Positions 18,867 to 29,109 of a DNA stretch of 64,000 nt are shown piece by piece. The notes beneath the pieces were generated by a model that was given only the letters and a program-made list of their open reading frames with translations, had not been told where the DNA came from and ran no database searches. Origin of the DNA: Anaerolineae bacterium (GTDB lineage: Bacteria; Chloroflexota; Anaerolineae; UBA1429); assembly GCA_963675785.1 (NCBI GenBank), contig OY776562.1, forward strand, positions 2,944,001-3,008,000, in the 5' to 3' direction. The position numbers were made by a program, and so were the translations under genes. How positions within the stretch are numbered: the first letter of the stretch is position 1; each line of letters begins with the position of its first letter.

Positions 18867-21506
18867 TTATTCCAGTTCGATCTCGACAGTGGTAACACCG
18901 GCGCCCTGGAGTGTCAACCGGTTGTAGAGCACAACCTCGACGGTGTAGGTGCCTGGTGTAAGCTCGCCATCGACGGATAGCGGCACACGATCGGCAAAGG
19001 TATCCAATGGCAGCCAGAGCGAGGTGGGATAACAGCCCAGCAAAGGCGGCAGATCGCGAGAGGCAAGGATGGTGCCGTCGGTCTGCTTGAGCCGTACAGA
19101 AAGCATATAGTTGAGTGTGGCCTGGCGTTCACTGCGCCAGGTCATTTCTATAGTCACCGTCGAAGCATCGTGGCGTTCCGCGGTCACACCAAGCAGCGAG
19201 ATCTCGATGGGCTTGCTCTCGGGACCGTACTGGCCGATGGCCTCGGCTTCGGATAAGGATCCGCCCATGGTTACCTGTATCGGCGTGAGCACTGGCGTGC
19301 TCATTTCGACACCGTCGGCAGTGGTAACAGCCACAGCTTGGCCATCTTGTAGCACACGTAGACGAATCACATAGGTGCCGGGGGCCAGTTCGTCGGGGAG
19401 TGTCAGTATTAGCATGTCATCAACAAGCGCGCCACTGACCTGTGCCCAGATCGGCGCAGGCTCATAGAGGTGGGCCGTCGTTGAGACCAGCGATAATTCG
19501 ACGGTATAAGCGGCATCCTCCGAGGATTCCCAGTCGAGCAGGACTTGCAGAGCTTCGCCGGGCTGCAGAGTAGTAGTGTTATAGCTGTAATCTACCAATC
19601 TGGCCTCGCCAAAGAAGACACCCTCGGGTTCGGCGTGCAGATAAGGCGCCCGTGAAAAATCGGCGATGCGTGCTCCTTCCAGAGCCTCTGTTTGGGGTAT
19701 GAATGGTGTAAGGGCGGCCCAAACCACAATGATCGCCCCTGCGCCCAGCCCAACCAACAGCTTGTTACGCTGTTTGCGGTTCTTGATGCAGGGAATAGTC
19801 AACAAAGCGGCAAGCACGATCAACGCCACCAGTGAAGCCCATTCAGCTACATTACGCACCGTGCTATTGGCGAAATAGAGGGTCACCTCATGGCTGCCCG
19901 GATCCAGCCGCAGCCCACACAGCCCCAACCCGGCCAACGGCTCGATACCCTGCGTCTGGCCATCCACAACGGCCTCCCAACCAGAGAAGAAGGTGGTGTT
20001 AAAAGCCAGCAGCACCTTTTCTTCGATGGTGATACGCCAGGTTTGTGTGGTCGAATCCCTTTCCACCAGTTCGGCGCTGCTCATGACGCCTTCGAGCACC
20101 AACGGAGAGATCGTCTCGTCACCCAAAGCTACGGCGGAGGTCTGCGGGCGCGGCACAAAATCCGCTGGCAGATATTCGTTGCGGATGGTAGTACCCGTAT
20201 TGCCTGAATAGGCCTCGTAGAACTGGAGCTGTTCGGCAGTGACATCGGTTTCGGTAATGGGTAAATAATCAAGATCGAGGCCCCCCATACCGGCAAAGGA
20301 TACAAGTGCTGCGATGGCTATGCCCCAAGCCCATTGCCACTTGTCACGTAAAAGTTCGAACAGGTTGGGGACGAGCAAGGCGATGCCCAATGCTTGAACC
20401 GACAGCAATCGCCAGGGGAACTGGGTGTAGGATAAGAGGGGCAGATTCTCCCATACGATCAAGGATGAGCTGGTCATCAACCAGGTATAGCCCAGTGTGG
20501 TTATGAGAATGAGGATATTGAGCCCGTCCGCTTTGTGTTGCTTGATCATTCCCCCGATGGTTGCAATGATGCCCAGAATGCCCAGTACGGCTTCAACGCC
20601 GCCCATGGCAAAGGGATCTTGATTTGCCGTGATGGTATAGTCGTGGATCAGGCTGGGCTGCACAAAGGTGTTGGTCAGGTGTCCGCGAAAGTCAAAGTAT
20701 CCTGTGGTTTGATCGGTGAGTTGAACCAGCGGCTGCTCCCATAGGGCGGGTACCCAAAACCAGGCACTGAGGGCCAGCCCGAGCAGAAGTGCGCCAGCAC
20801 CCAACGATAACGTTCGCCAGTTTTTCTCGCTACGCAGGGCTTGTACCAGAATCCACATGGCTACCAGCGGTGCAAAAAGCATCGCCGAGATGTTGTGCGA
20901 GAGCATGAGCGCGGCAAAAGAGGCCGCCAAGCCGCAAAAAGTCCAAAAACTCGGCTTTTTCTCCAGGCGCAATGCGGCATAGAGAATGATCGGAAATAGT
21001 GCCATAGCATAGAATTCGGAAAGCGAGTCGCCACGGACATAGATGTTGATGAGATGAAAGGGAGCGAAAGTATAGATAGCCGAAGCTGCCACGGCTGCGG
21101 GGCGTTTGTGGCCGAGTTCGAGTATCAAAGCGTAGGTGGCTACTGCGGCTATGAGAAAGCCGAGGATTTGTGTGGCCTGGATGCCGCCGATGACGCCCAG
21201 GCCCATCAGGTTAAGCGTTGAAGCAATATAGTAGGGCAGTGCGGCGTAATAATTGTAAAAAGGATAGCCCAAGCCCTGGGCGGCGCCCGCCATCCAGCGC
21301 ACGGGGAACTCACCATCGGCTAGCGATTGACTCATCTCGTAGACGCGCTGCAACAAAAAGGGCGAATCGCCGCCAGCACGGGTATTGATCATGCCTTGTC
21401 CGCTGACAATGGGCAGCGCGGCAAGCAGCCCGAACAAAAGAACCAGCAAGAGACTCCAATTGAGCCTCTTGCTGGTTGTCTTTTCCGAGCTTTGGGCCCG
21501 AATCAT
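18867..21506 (-). CDS. PTPS-related/YfhO-like GT-C membrane protein
   Basis: FPVRW, GLGYPFYNYY, APFH..YVRG, QFPWRLL, EYLP, FFSGW; C-terminal Ig-like repeats. Confidence 0.78.
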   Translation of the reverse strand: MIRAQSSEKTTSKRLNWSLLLVLLFGLLAALPIVSGQGMINTRAGGDSPFLLQRVYEMSQSLADGEFPVRWMAGAAQGLGYPFYNYYAALPYYIASTLNLMGLGVIGGIQATQILGFLIAAVATYALILELGHKRPAAVAASAIYTFAPFHLINIYVRGDSLSEFYAMALFPIILYAALRLEKKPSFWTFCGLAASFAALMLSHNISAMLFAPLVAMWILVQALRSEKNWRTLSLGAGALLLGLALSAWFWVPALWEQPLVQLTDQTTGYFDFRGHLTNTFVQPSLIHDYTITANQDPFAMGGVEAVLGILGIIATIGGMIKQHKADGLNILILITTLGYTWLMTSSSLIVWENLPLLSYTQFPWRLLSVQALGIALLVPNLFELLRDKWQWAWGIAIAALVSFAGMGGLDLDYLPITETDVTAEQLQFYEAYSGNTGTTIRNEYLPADFVPRPQTSAVALGDETISPLVLEGVMSSAELVERDSTTQTWRITIEEKVLLAFNTTFFSGWEAVVDGQTQGIEPLAGLGLCGLRLDPGSHEVTLYFANSTVRNVAEWASLVALIVLAALLTIPCIKNRKQRNKLLVGLGAGAIIVVWAALTPFIPQTEALEGARIADFSRAPYLHAEPEGVFFGEARLVDYSYNTTTLQPGEALQVLLDWESSEDAAYTVELSLVSTTAHLYEPAPIWAQVSGALVDDMLILTLPDELAPGTYVIRLRVLQDGQAVAVTTADGVEMSTPVLTPIQVTMGGSLSEAEAIGQYGPESKPIEISLLGVTAERHDASTVTIEMTWRSERQATLNYMLSVRLKQTDGTILASRDLPPLLGCYPTSLWLPLDTFADRVPLSVDGELTPGTYTVEVVLYNRLTLQGAGVTTVEIELE

Positions 21507-21510
21507 GTTC

Positions 21511-22758
21511 TTACTCTACTGGTTTCTTGAAGAATATGCGCGATAGCACAAACAGGGCAATAGCGACTATGACAACGATAATCCCAGTCCAGCCACCGAT
21601 CCCCCCGCCACTATCGCTTGAAGAGGTTTCTGTAGCCGTGGGCTCTGGTGTAGCTTCGGCGTCAGCTTCGGTAGGTTTGGCTGTCGGTTCTACGGTTGGG
21701 ATCGCCTTGACGGCGAAACTCACCTCTGCCGTTTCACCCGAAATCACAGAGACAATTGCCTCGTTAGGTGTAACTGAGGTGTATCCATCAGGGTTAATTT
21801 TGCTCACGGTATAAGTGCCAACGCTCAATCCTTCTGTAAGATTGATCTCAGCAGCATCATAGCTATCGACCACGACATCATCTGAATCAGTAATTTCAAC
21901 GGCGGCGCCGCTGATGGTGGCTTCATCGTCATCCATGATGCCGTTTTCGTTCAAATCGTCAAAGACAGTCACCGAAATCGAGCCGGGCACGGGAGTAGCA
22001 GTTGGTTCCGCCGTGGCAGTTGCTGTGGGTAGCGGTGTCTCGGTCGGGATGGTGGTAGCCGTAGGAATGGCGGTCGGCGCTGGTGTGTTGGTAGGCATGG
22101 GCGTCGGCGCTGTATAGGTCACGCAGATGTCGTCCCAGTAGCTATAGTTATATTTGATCTTCCACTCAGCACGGCCGCGCAGGAACACGGTGATAGTCGA
22201 GTTTTGTGCTTGAGCCGAAAGTGTCAGGTTGACCCAGCTATCGAGGGTTATGTTCTCGGCTGACCACACGACGCTGGAAGCTGACCAATCGGTGCCGCCA
22301 GTGGGGTCAATACCCACGGAGAGATAGTACTGGCCGCCGGTCGAGACATTGCTGTCATCGCCGGTTGAACTCCAGGCTAGGGCCCAAGCAGAGAGCGTAA
22401 CCTGGCTACCAGAAGACACTTGAACCTGCTGATAGATACCGGCATTATGCGTCGAATAGGTCATGCCAAAGGCCTGAGAAGTAGCTCCTTCACGAATACG
22501 GGAGCTGTTTTTCTCCTGGCCGAAGGTAGGCCTGACATTCAAACCGTCCTCTGAGAAGGGGCCATTTTGGTAAAAATAACCCCAACCATCGGCGACATAA
22601 ATCTGGCCGTCGGCACGGTCGGAGAAACTGCCTTCAAAACCGCCGTTGCTGAGCACATTGCCTGCGCAGTCGGCTGAGACAGAGGGGACGATGAGGCTCA
22701 AGCTGAGCATCATCACCAGCATATAAATAGCGAATCGGTTTAGGCGGTATGAATGCAT
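21511..22758 (-). CDS. Secreted surface protein: carbohydrate-binding-like beta-sandwich, Pro/Thr linker, SdrD-B-like domain, C-terminal TM anchor
   Basis: Signal peptide, NGGFE...WDD domain, PT repeats, VFDDLNENGIMDDDE, C-terminal hydrophobic helix followed by KK. Confidence 0.75.
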   Translation of the reverse strand: MHSYRLNRFAIYMLVMMLSLSLIVPSVSADCAGNVLSNGGFEGSFSDRADGQIYVADGWGYFYQNGPFSEDGLNVRPTFGQEKNSSRIREGATSQAFGMTYSTHNAGIYQQVQVSSGSQVTLSAWALAWSSTGDDSNVSTGGQYYLSVGIDPTGGTDWSASSVVWSAENITLDSWVNLTLSAQAQNSTITVFLRGRAEWKIKYNYSYWDDICVTYTAPTPMPTNTPAPTAIPTATTIPTETPLPTATATAEPTATPVPGSISVTVFDDLNENGIMDDDEATISGAAVEITDSDDVVVDSYDAAEINLTEGLSVGTYTVSKINPDGYTSVTPNEAIVSVISGETAEVSFAVKAIPTVEPTAKPTEADAEATPEPTATETSSSDSGGGIGGWTGIIVVIVAIALFVLSRIFFKKPVE

Positions 22759-22771
22759 GGTATCTCCTGTG

Positions 22772-24733
22772 CTATGGGTTTAACCCCTGTAATGGTATAT
22801 CAACCGCTGTTGCTTCTGTGTCATCATAAGCCACAGCCAGACGTTCGAGCGTATCCCAGTGATAGAGCCCTACTCGGAGAATCAAATTGTCGAGTGTTTG
22901 GTCCGGATCGAGTGTAAGCCTATGGACATCCTCAACGACGTCACCAGAACGCCAAAGTTCCGTCCCATAATACCCCAATGCTAGCGGGCCGTCATCTTGA
23001 ACAAGAATACTATCCGATTCAAGGACGTGGACAAAGACGTTCAAACTTGAACCCAGCGATTGTGTGCAGTGCCAATACAGCCTGACGATCAGTTGGTCAT
23101 CGATGGTTTCACAGCTATAGCCTACGAGTTCAATGCCGTCTTCAAATGTAGCCTGTAGGTTATCAGGCGTTTCGATGGCAGAGGTACTGATAGACACGTT
23201 GAGCAAGCGCGATTCCGTCTCCAAATCGCCCTGCTCATAACCACCCTCGGACACGGTGATCAGGCGATTTTCGGGCAAATAAGTCATCAGCTCTTGCCAC
23301 GACTCATAAGGCCAAAACACCATCATAGCATCTTTGGCATTGGTCAGTTCTTGTGGATTGTTTGTGATGAATCCGGCTTTTTGGGCGGCATCGGTCAGAT
23401 AGGTGATGGATTGCCAGCTATCATAAAAACGCGGTGCGATGTAAACCAGCCGTTCTGACTCAGGTTTGTCGTTGGAGACGCTATACCCTTCTCCTTGCCA
23501 GCCTATACCCAGGTACTGGTTGACCCCGACGGCTAGCTCGGTGGCAGCGCTTTCGAACTGGTAATAAACGGTCTCGCTTTGCAGGTGGGGTAAATATGCG
23601 GTGAGGCTCAGCGTGGCCGATACGGCGATGATGCCCACTGCCGTGCCTCGCATCAGCCGCATTTCGTCGAGGCGCCTGACCAAGGTGTCCAATCCGTAGG
23701 CGGGCAATAGGTAGAGCACCGGCAGCACACCGCTGGCCCGCAAAAAGTGGGGGGCATCCTCGGCGATGACGGTAGGAACTAGCATGATGGCAAACCAGAT
23801 GAGAACGATAGCGCCTTGGGGGTTACGGCGAAAGCGCCGCAGGAGAACGATAATCCCCAGAGCAAAGCAGATGGCGATGAGTGGATCGAACACGGGACGC
23901 AACGGTACGTTGTGCCGAGGGATGAAATCTCCCTGCCAGAAAAAGGCCAGTGCCGTTTTGAGCAGGTTTTGCCCCAACATAGCTAGGGGCTGGCCGTTGC
24001 CTATAGCGGGATTGAGAATCGAGACCTGGCCGGCTCGGCCAAAGGTCTCTTGCCAGTGTGTGACGAAATATATGCCTAGTGGGGCAAAGATGATGATGGC
24101 GCTCAGGCAGGCAATGAGCAGACCACGCCAAGTTTCTTGGCGGTGCCAGATCAAGAGATAGAGCAGGATAAGGCACAAGGCGACGATACCCACGCGTGCG
24201 GACAGATAAGTGTAGAGCGAAAGACCCAACAATACGCCGCCGCCAAGAGCCGCCCAAAGGGATCTTTTCTTTTGAGAGTGTACCAGTAGCGCCAGAGCAC
24301 TGGTAATGATGGGCAGATAGGCAATGGCGCGAAAACCCACCCGGCTGAGATTGATGGCCCACACACTGCTTGTTGCTAGTAGGGCGGCATAGGTGGCCAC
24401 CCTACGATTGGCTAGTTCACGTCCCAGCCAATAAACACAAGGTATGAAAAGCGTACCCAGCAGCGCCGATACGAGGCGAATGGCAGCAGGGGTAGCCCCC
24501 AAAAGGCGAATGCTCAGTGCTATGAGATAAATATAGAGTGGCTCGCGGCCATTGTTTGCCTCAAAATAGAGGGGATGATCGCCATCCAACACAGAGAGTG
24601 CATCGATGCCGTTGACGGCTTCGTCGTGGTATAGACCAGTAGGTAGGGTATCGAGCTGGTAAAAGCGAATCAACGCGGCTGCAAGGATGATGGCCAGCAG
24701 CACAAACCATTCATTTTGCAGTAGGCGTTTCAT
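22772..24733 (-). CDS. ArnT/PMT_2 (GT39/GT83-like) GT-C membrane glycosyltransferase
   Basis: PTGLYHDEA, NNGREPLY, SRVGFR, APHFLR; C-terminal Ig-like domain. Confidence 0.82.
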   Translation of the reverse strand: MKRLLQNEWFVLLAIILAAALIRFYQLDTLPTGLYHDEAVNGIDALSVLDGDHPLYFEANNGREPLYIYLIALSIRLLGATPAAIRLVSALLGTLFIPCVYWLGRELANRRVATYAALLATSSVWAINLSRVGFRAIAYLPIITSALALLVHSQKKRSLWAALGGGVLLGLSLYTYLSARVGIVALCLILLYLLIWHRQETWRGLLIACLSAIIIFAPLGIYFVTHWQETFGRAGQVSILNPAIGNGQPLAMLGQNLLKTALAFFWQGDFIPRHNVPLRPVFDPLIAICFALGIIVLLRRFRRNPQGAIVLIWFAIMLVPTVIAEDAPHFLRASGVLPVLYLLPAYGLDTLVRRLDEMRLMRGTAVGIIAVSATLSLTAYLPHLQSETVYYQFESAATELAVGVNQYLGIGWQGEGYSVSNDKPESERLVYIAPRFYDSWQSITYLTDAAQKAGFITNNPQELTNAKDAMMVFWPYESWQELMTYLPENRLITVSEGGYEQGDLETESRLLNVSISTSAIETPDNLQATFEDGIELVGYSCETIDDQLIVRLYWHCTQSLGSSLNVFVHVLESDSILVQDDGPLALGYYGTELWRSGDVVEDVHRLTLDPDQTLDNLILRVGLYHWDTLERLAVAYDDTEATAVDIPLQGLNP

Positions 24734-24794
24734 ATGCGGAATAGGCTCCTGTGTGGACGTTCGCTCCGAGTATAGCAGAGCTGGCCTGAGCGTC

Positions 24795-24825
24795 AACGGG
24801 GCACCGATATGCTCGATGCCCCGTT
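24795..24825 (-). terminator. Hairpin terminator after serS
   Basis: AACGGGGCA/TGCCCCGTT inverted repeat. Confidence 0.55.
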
Positions 24826-24836
24826 ATTTGTGTTAC

Positions 24837-26111
24837 CTAAAGCTCGGGAATAGTAGTTTGGCCCCCCATGTAAGGGCGCAGCACCTCGGGGATGACGATG
24901 CTGCCATCGGCTTGCTGATAGTTCTCGATGATAGCGATCATGATGCGGGGCAGGGCTAGTCCTGAACCATTTAGGGTGTGCACGAATTCGGGTTTGCCGC
25001 CCTCTGCCGGGCGGTAGCGGATACCCGCTCGCCGTGCTTGAAAGTCTTTGAAATTGCTGCAGCTCGATACTTCAAGCCATTCCTTGCAACCTGCCGCCCA
25101 AACCTCGACATCGTATTTGACGGCGGCGGTAAAGCTGAGGTCGCCTGTGCACATTTGTACCACGCGGTGAGGCAGGCCCAAGCGTCGGCAAACATCTTCG
25201 GCGTTGTCCAGCAGGGACATCAGTTCGTCCATCGAAGTCTCTGGCTTGACGAACTTGACCATCTCGACCTTGTCGAACTGATGACCGCGCTTGATGCCAC
25301 GTGTATCTTTGCCAGCCGACATCTTTTCGCGGCGGAAGCAGGCCGTATAGGCGGTGTGATAGATGGGCAAATCGGTTTCGTCCATGATCTCGTCGCGGTA
25401 CATATTGGTGACGGGAATCTCGGCCGTGCCGATCATCCACAAATCGTCTTCGTCGTCGTGATACTGGTTATCGGCGAATTTGGGCAGCTGGCCAGTGCCA
25501 TAAAGACATTCGCGGCGCACCATATAAGGCGGATATACTTCGATATAGCCGTGCTCGCGGGTATGCAGGTCCAACATAAAGGCGATGATAGCACGCTGCA
25601 GACGGGCGCCGTCCTTCTTTAGGATGTAGAAGCGGGTTCCCGAGATTTTCACGCCGCGCTCAAAGTCGATGATACCCAATTCCTCGCCCAGCTCCCAGTG
25701 GGGTCGCGGCTCGAAATCGAACTGGGGTAGATTCTCAGCCTGCCTGAGGATGAGGTTTTCGCTTTCATCGAGCCCTACTGGCACCGATTCATCGGGCATG
25801 TTGGGCACCTGCATCATCAGAGTGTCCAGCTTTTCCTGGGTGGGCCCCAGTTCGACCTCGATGATCTTGATCTCATCGCCGACTTGACGCATTTTAGCGA
25901 TGAGGGACTGTTTTTCATGCGGGTCCTTGATGTGCGGAATTTCTTTCGAGACCGTATTGCGCTCTGCCCGCAGTGTCTCTACCCGAGAGAGCATCTCGCG
26001 GCGCTTTTCGTCGAGTTCGAGAATCTCATCAATGGGCGCCGTGGTGTTTAGCGCCTTCATTGCTTCCCGAACCTGATCTGTATTGCTGCGGATATAGGAC
26101 AGATCGAGCAT
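24837..26111 (-). CDS. serS: Serine--tRNA ligase
   Basis: MLD start, N-terminal coiled coil, GTGQLPKF, TAE, FRRE, HQFDKVE, EVSSCSN, HTLNGSGLA. Confidence 0.97.
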   Translation of the reverse strand: MLDLSYIRSNTDQVREAMKALNTTAPIDEILELDEKRREMLSRVETLRAERNTVSKEIPHIKDPHEKQSLIAKMRQVGDEIKIIEVELGPTQEKLDTLMMQVPNMPDESVPVGLDESENLILRQAENLPQFDFEPRPHWELGEELGIIDFERGVKISGTRFYILKKDGARLQRAIIAFMLDLHTREHGYIEVYPPYMVRRECLYGTGQLPKFADNQYHDDEDDLWMIGTAEIPVTNMYRDEIMDETDLPIYHTAYTACFRREKMSAGKDTRGIKRGHQFDKVEMVKFVKPETSMDELMSLLDNAEDVCRRLGLPHRVVQMCTGDLSFTAAVKYDVEVWAAGCKEWLEVSSCSNFKDFQARRAGIRYRPAEGGKPEFVHTLNGSGLALPRIMIAIIENYQQADGSIVIPEVLRPYMGGQTTIPEL

Positions 26112-26134
26112 TTCTCTTCCCTCCCATAACAACG

Positions 26135-26392
26135 AAAACAAAAAGCGCCCTCCATCCCATAGGACGAAGCGCGCTTGCCTTCGTGGTGCCACCCTGGTTT
26201 GCCAACGCCTTGCGGCCGTCAGCCTTAGGCCCCTTGATGGGGCGATGCTCTATATCGGGAGCGCCCGGCCTGCTTAGCATCATGGTTTGCAGGCGGCTCT
26301 GGAGCGGAATTCGCCGATTGCTGTACCCTCTTTCCACCATCGAGGGCTCTCTGTGGCAGCCAGATCGATTACTGCTCTCCTTCAATGCCTTA
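26135..26392 (-). ncRNA. T-box riboswitch (Ser, specifier UCC)
   Basis: T-box AACCAGGGTGGCACCACG (26182-26199), AGTA and AGAGAG stem-I motifs, UCC specifier at 26306-26308, terminator with U-tract before serS. Confidence 0.9.
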
Positions 26393-26424
26393 TGCCAGTA
26401 TCATAGCTTTAGGCTCGGCTTTGG

Positions 26425-26793
26425 TCAAACGACTGCTTTTTCGCGTGATGCCAAGGCAGCTGCGATGAAAAACAGACCTGGCGCGGCAACCAAAAGGAAC
26501 CAGGGGCCTTTTGCTATAGTGCCACTGCTGATGAGCTCGACAATATAAAAGATGATCAGCGAACCAAGGGCAATGATGCCACCGCGCATTTCCTGCCAGA
26601 ATCCCAGTAGAACCCCGGCCAGTACGCCGACGGGGAAAAAGGCGAAAGCCAAGAGTTCTTCGGATTGGAATTGGTAGGGATCGGTTTCAAGGAAAATATT
26701 GCCGATGAACATAACTAGGATAAAGGCGATGCTGAGGATACCCCAAATGCGGGCAATCCAGCGCAAGACGGTTGCAAGCGAGTTCTTCTTCAT
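26425..26793 (-). CDS. Small 4-TM membrane protein, function unknown
   Basis: AGGAGG SD; four hydrophobic helices. Confidence 0.75.
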   Translation of the reverse strand: MKKNSLATVLRWIARIWGILSIAFILVMFIGNIFLETDPYQFQSEELLAFAFFPVGVLAGVLLGFWQEMRGGIIALGSLIIFYIVELISSGTIAKGPWFLLVAAPGLFFIAAALASREKAVV

Positions 26794-26888
26794 GGATCCT
26801 CCTTTTGCTCTTTATGTTACAACCCCCTGGCAAGTCTAAGGATTCACCAGAGGGTTATTTCGTTTATAGCAGCTCAACCGCAAATATG

Positions 26889-27839
26889 CTAGTCTTGCAG
26901 GATTGTGATAGAGCCAGTTCCAGTACGCAGAATGAGCTTTCCTACAGGTTCATCGCCTACCGCACCAGAAAGAGAGTCATTGGGCCCCATACTTGTGTCG
27001 GTCTCGCCATCGACATTGAATTCACAGTCAATATCGCCAATGCCGGTTTCTGCATCAATCTCAAAGCTCAGTGAGCGGTCCAATTCGACCTCAATGTCAC
27101 CGACACCCGTCTCCACACTCGCATCATTGGTCATGGTCCAGCTGTTTACGACCACGTCGCCAACGCCGGAATAAGCCTGCAGTTCACCCTTCAAGCTGTC
27201 GATCTTGATGTCGCCGACACTGGTGTTGACGATGATCTTGCCTTCAATGTCCGAGATACTTGTTGAGCCCACATCTGTGGTGATTTTGATATCTGAATTT
27301 GCTGGCACTGTGATTTCAAGGTTGATGCTTCCCGAATTGCTCGCAAGCCATTCTGAGGGAACTTGGCCTGTAATGTACAGCGTGTCGTTATCTTCTTCGA
27401 CAGAGACCTCGATTTGTTCAAGCCACTCATTGGCATTGGTGCCTGTGGCCTTGATAGTGGCGCTTACATAGACTTCATCGTTATTCCCGACGCGTATAGT
27501 GGTGTCTCCCACTTCATTGGTGATGACGATATTGGCCGAACCATCGACATCGAAACTCTGTTCCAGAGTGTCAATAGCCGTGTAATTACCACTTGTGCTT
27601 TCGGTTCTCAGTGTCTCAAAAGTGCCGCTTCCAATCACACTTCTGGAGATACTTGTGATAATCAGGGTTCCTACGCAGCACACGATGAGGCATAGTGCGA
27701 CAACGGCAAGAATGATCACAACGGTTTGATTGGTCTTTCTTTTAGCCTCATCAGGTGATGCCGCATCACCAAGGCTGGCCGGCTTTTCAATTTGATCGGG
27801 TTCGAGCACTTTTCGCTCGTTTTCTGGATTGTCAGACAT
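26889..27839 (-). CDS. DUF4097/adhesin-like beta-repeat membrane-anchored protein
   Basis: Single Cys-rich TM (CLIVCCV), repeated T.VGD/T.SG beta-strand motifs. Confidence 0.8.
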   Translation of the reverse strand: MSDNPENERKVLEPDQIEKPASLGDAASPDEAKRKTNQTVVIILAVVALCLIVCCVGTLIITSISRSVIGSGTFETLRTESTSGNYTAIDTLEQSFDVDGSANIVITNEVGDTTIRVGNNDEVYVSATIKATGTNANEWLEQIEVSVEEDNDTLYITGQVPSEWLASNSGSINLEITVPANSDIKITTDVGSTSISDIEGKIIVNTSVGDIKIDSLKGELQAYSGVGDVVVNSWTMTNDASVETGVGDIEVELDRSLSFEIDAETGIGDIDCEFNVDGETDTSMGPNDSLSGAVGDEPVGKLILRTGTGSITILQD

Positions 27840-28010
27840 TTCCCCCCCCCTTTGTCTTTTGGCAAACAAAAAGCGCAAACCTAAACCGCTTTCTGCTAAC
27901 AATACGCACTTTTCAGCACATGGTTTCATAACCGAAAGGCAGACAAATTCCATACTGTTGGAGTCAATCTATAGTGTGGATATACTGTAAGAACTAGTAG
28001 GGAGTAAGAA

Positions 28011-29072
28011 ATGGATGATACACTCGACAGAGCTACTCGAGCTCTTGCAGCACTACAACTAGACGAAGCAGCTAGCCTTTATCAGTCGTTGATTGATCAG
28101 GACGATGAAAATTACGAGGCCTGGATAGGCTTTGCCAAAACACTCACCAAACAACGCAAAACGGATGAGGCATTTGCCGCTGCGAACAAGTGCATAGCGC
28201 TCGATCCCGAACGATGGGATGGATATGCCTCGCTGGGCACGCTCTCTTTTCTGATAGACGAAAACGACCAGGCTATCGAAGAGCTGAAAAGGGCTGTCAG
28301 CCTGAATGCCTCAGAGCCAGAACCTCTCTTGACCCTCTCGCAAGTATATGCTGAGAAGGAAGAGTTTGAGCTAGCTGAAGATTCTCTTCGCGAAGGGCAG
28401 TCGCTCGTTGACCAGATGGAAGAGGGCACAGAAAAGCGAGCCATGCAGGCCTTTGCCCTACACGTCAAGACCTATCTTTTGCTCTCTAGGGGCGAAAACG
28501 ATGCCGCTTTTGAGACGGCTCAAGAGATCATTGCCTACAAGGATGCTAATCCTCACGCTGCTTGTCTGGCTTATTCGACATTGGGCATTCTCTCTTGGCG
28601 CGATAAAGATATGGACGCTGCCCAAGAGTATCTCGAACAGGCTCACGAGCTAAATCCCTACTTTAGCCGTTCGGCTGCAACTCTGGGACAATTGTACTAT
28701 ATGCGACAACAGTACGATAGGGCCGTAGAGGTTCTTGGAGATGCCGTGGCGCTCAACCCGCGGACAGATGGGGCAATTCACTATGCTTACGGCTCGGCGC
28801 TCGCCAAGGCCCGACGCCGGCAGGAAGCCCACGTGCAGTTCAAGGTGGCTATAGAGCAAGGCCTTAAAGGCTTGCCCAAATGGGTGGCTCGCTGGCAGCT
28901 CATCTGGTTGGGCACGGTAGGCAGAACGGTCATCATCATGTTGGGGCTTGCCTTGGTTGCCGCATGGCTTATCTGGGGTCAGCCAGACATGTCTACACTG
29001 ACTCTGTTTGGGGCTTTTGCCGTATTCTTGTTGCTCAGGCGTCTTTTTGGCAAAAAACGAACCAAACAATAG
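28011..29072 (+). CDS. TPR repeat protein with two C-terminal TM helices
   Basis: Multiple ~34-aa TPR-like repeats; hydrophobic C-terminus with basic tail. Confidence 0.82.
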   Translation: MDDTLDRATRALAALQLDEAASLYQSLIDQDDENYEAWIGFAKTLTKQRKTDEAFAAANKCIALDPERWDGYASLGTLSFLIDENDQAIEELKRAVSLNASEPEPLLTLSQVYAEKEEFELAEDSLREGQSLVDQMEEGTEKRAMQAFALHVKTYLLLSRGENDAAFETAQEIIAYKDANPHAACLAYSTLGILSWRDKDMDAAQEYLEQAHELNPYFSRSAATLGQLYYMRQQYDRAVEVLGDAVALNPRTDGAIHYAYGSALAKARRRQEAHVQFKVAIEQGLKGLPKWVARWQLIWLGTVGRTVIIMLGLALVAAWLIWGQPDMSTLTLFGAFAVFLLLRRLFGKKRTKQ

Positions 29073-29109
29073 TTGTCACTGTTCGGCCATCATGCTATAC
29101 TGCTCGCGT

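Noticed and set aside
21980-22115. Repetitive sequence as a CRISPR array or tandem DNA repeat
   Set aside because: It is a coding Pro/Thr/Ala linker with degenerate codons; there is no repeat-spacer structure and no cas gene.
25973-26548. 191-aa and 118-aa ORFs over the serS leader, and short ORFs over the ileS leader
   Set aside because: They coincide with T-box riboswitches and have no protein-like features.
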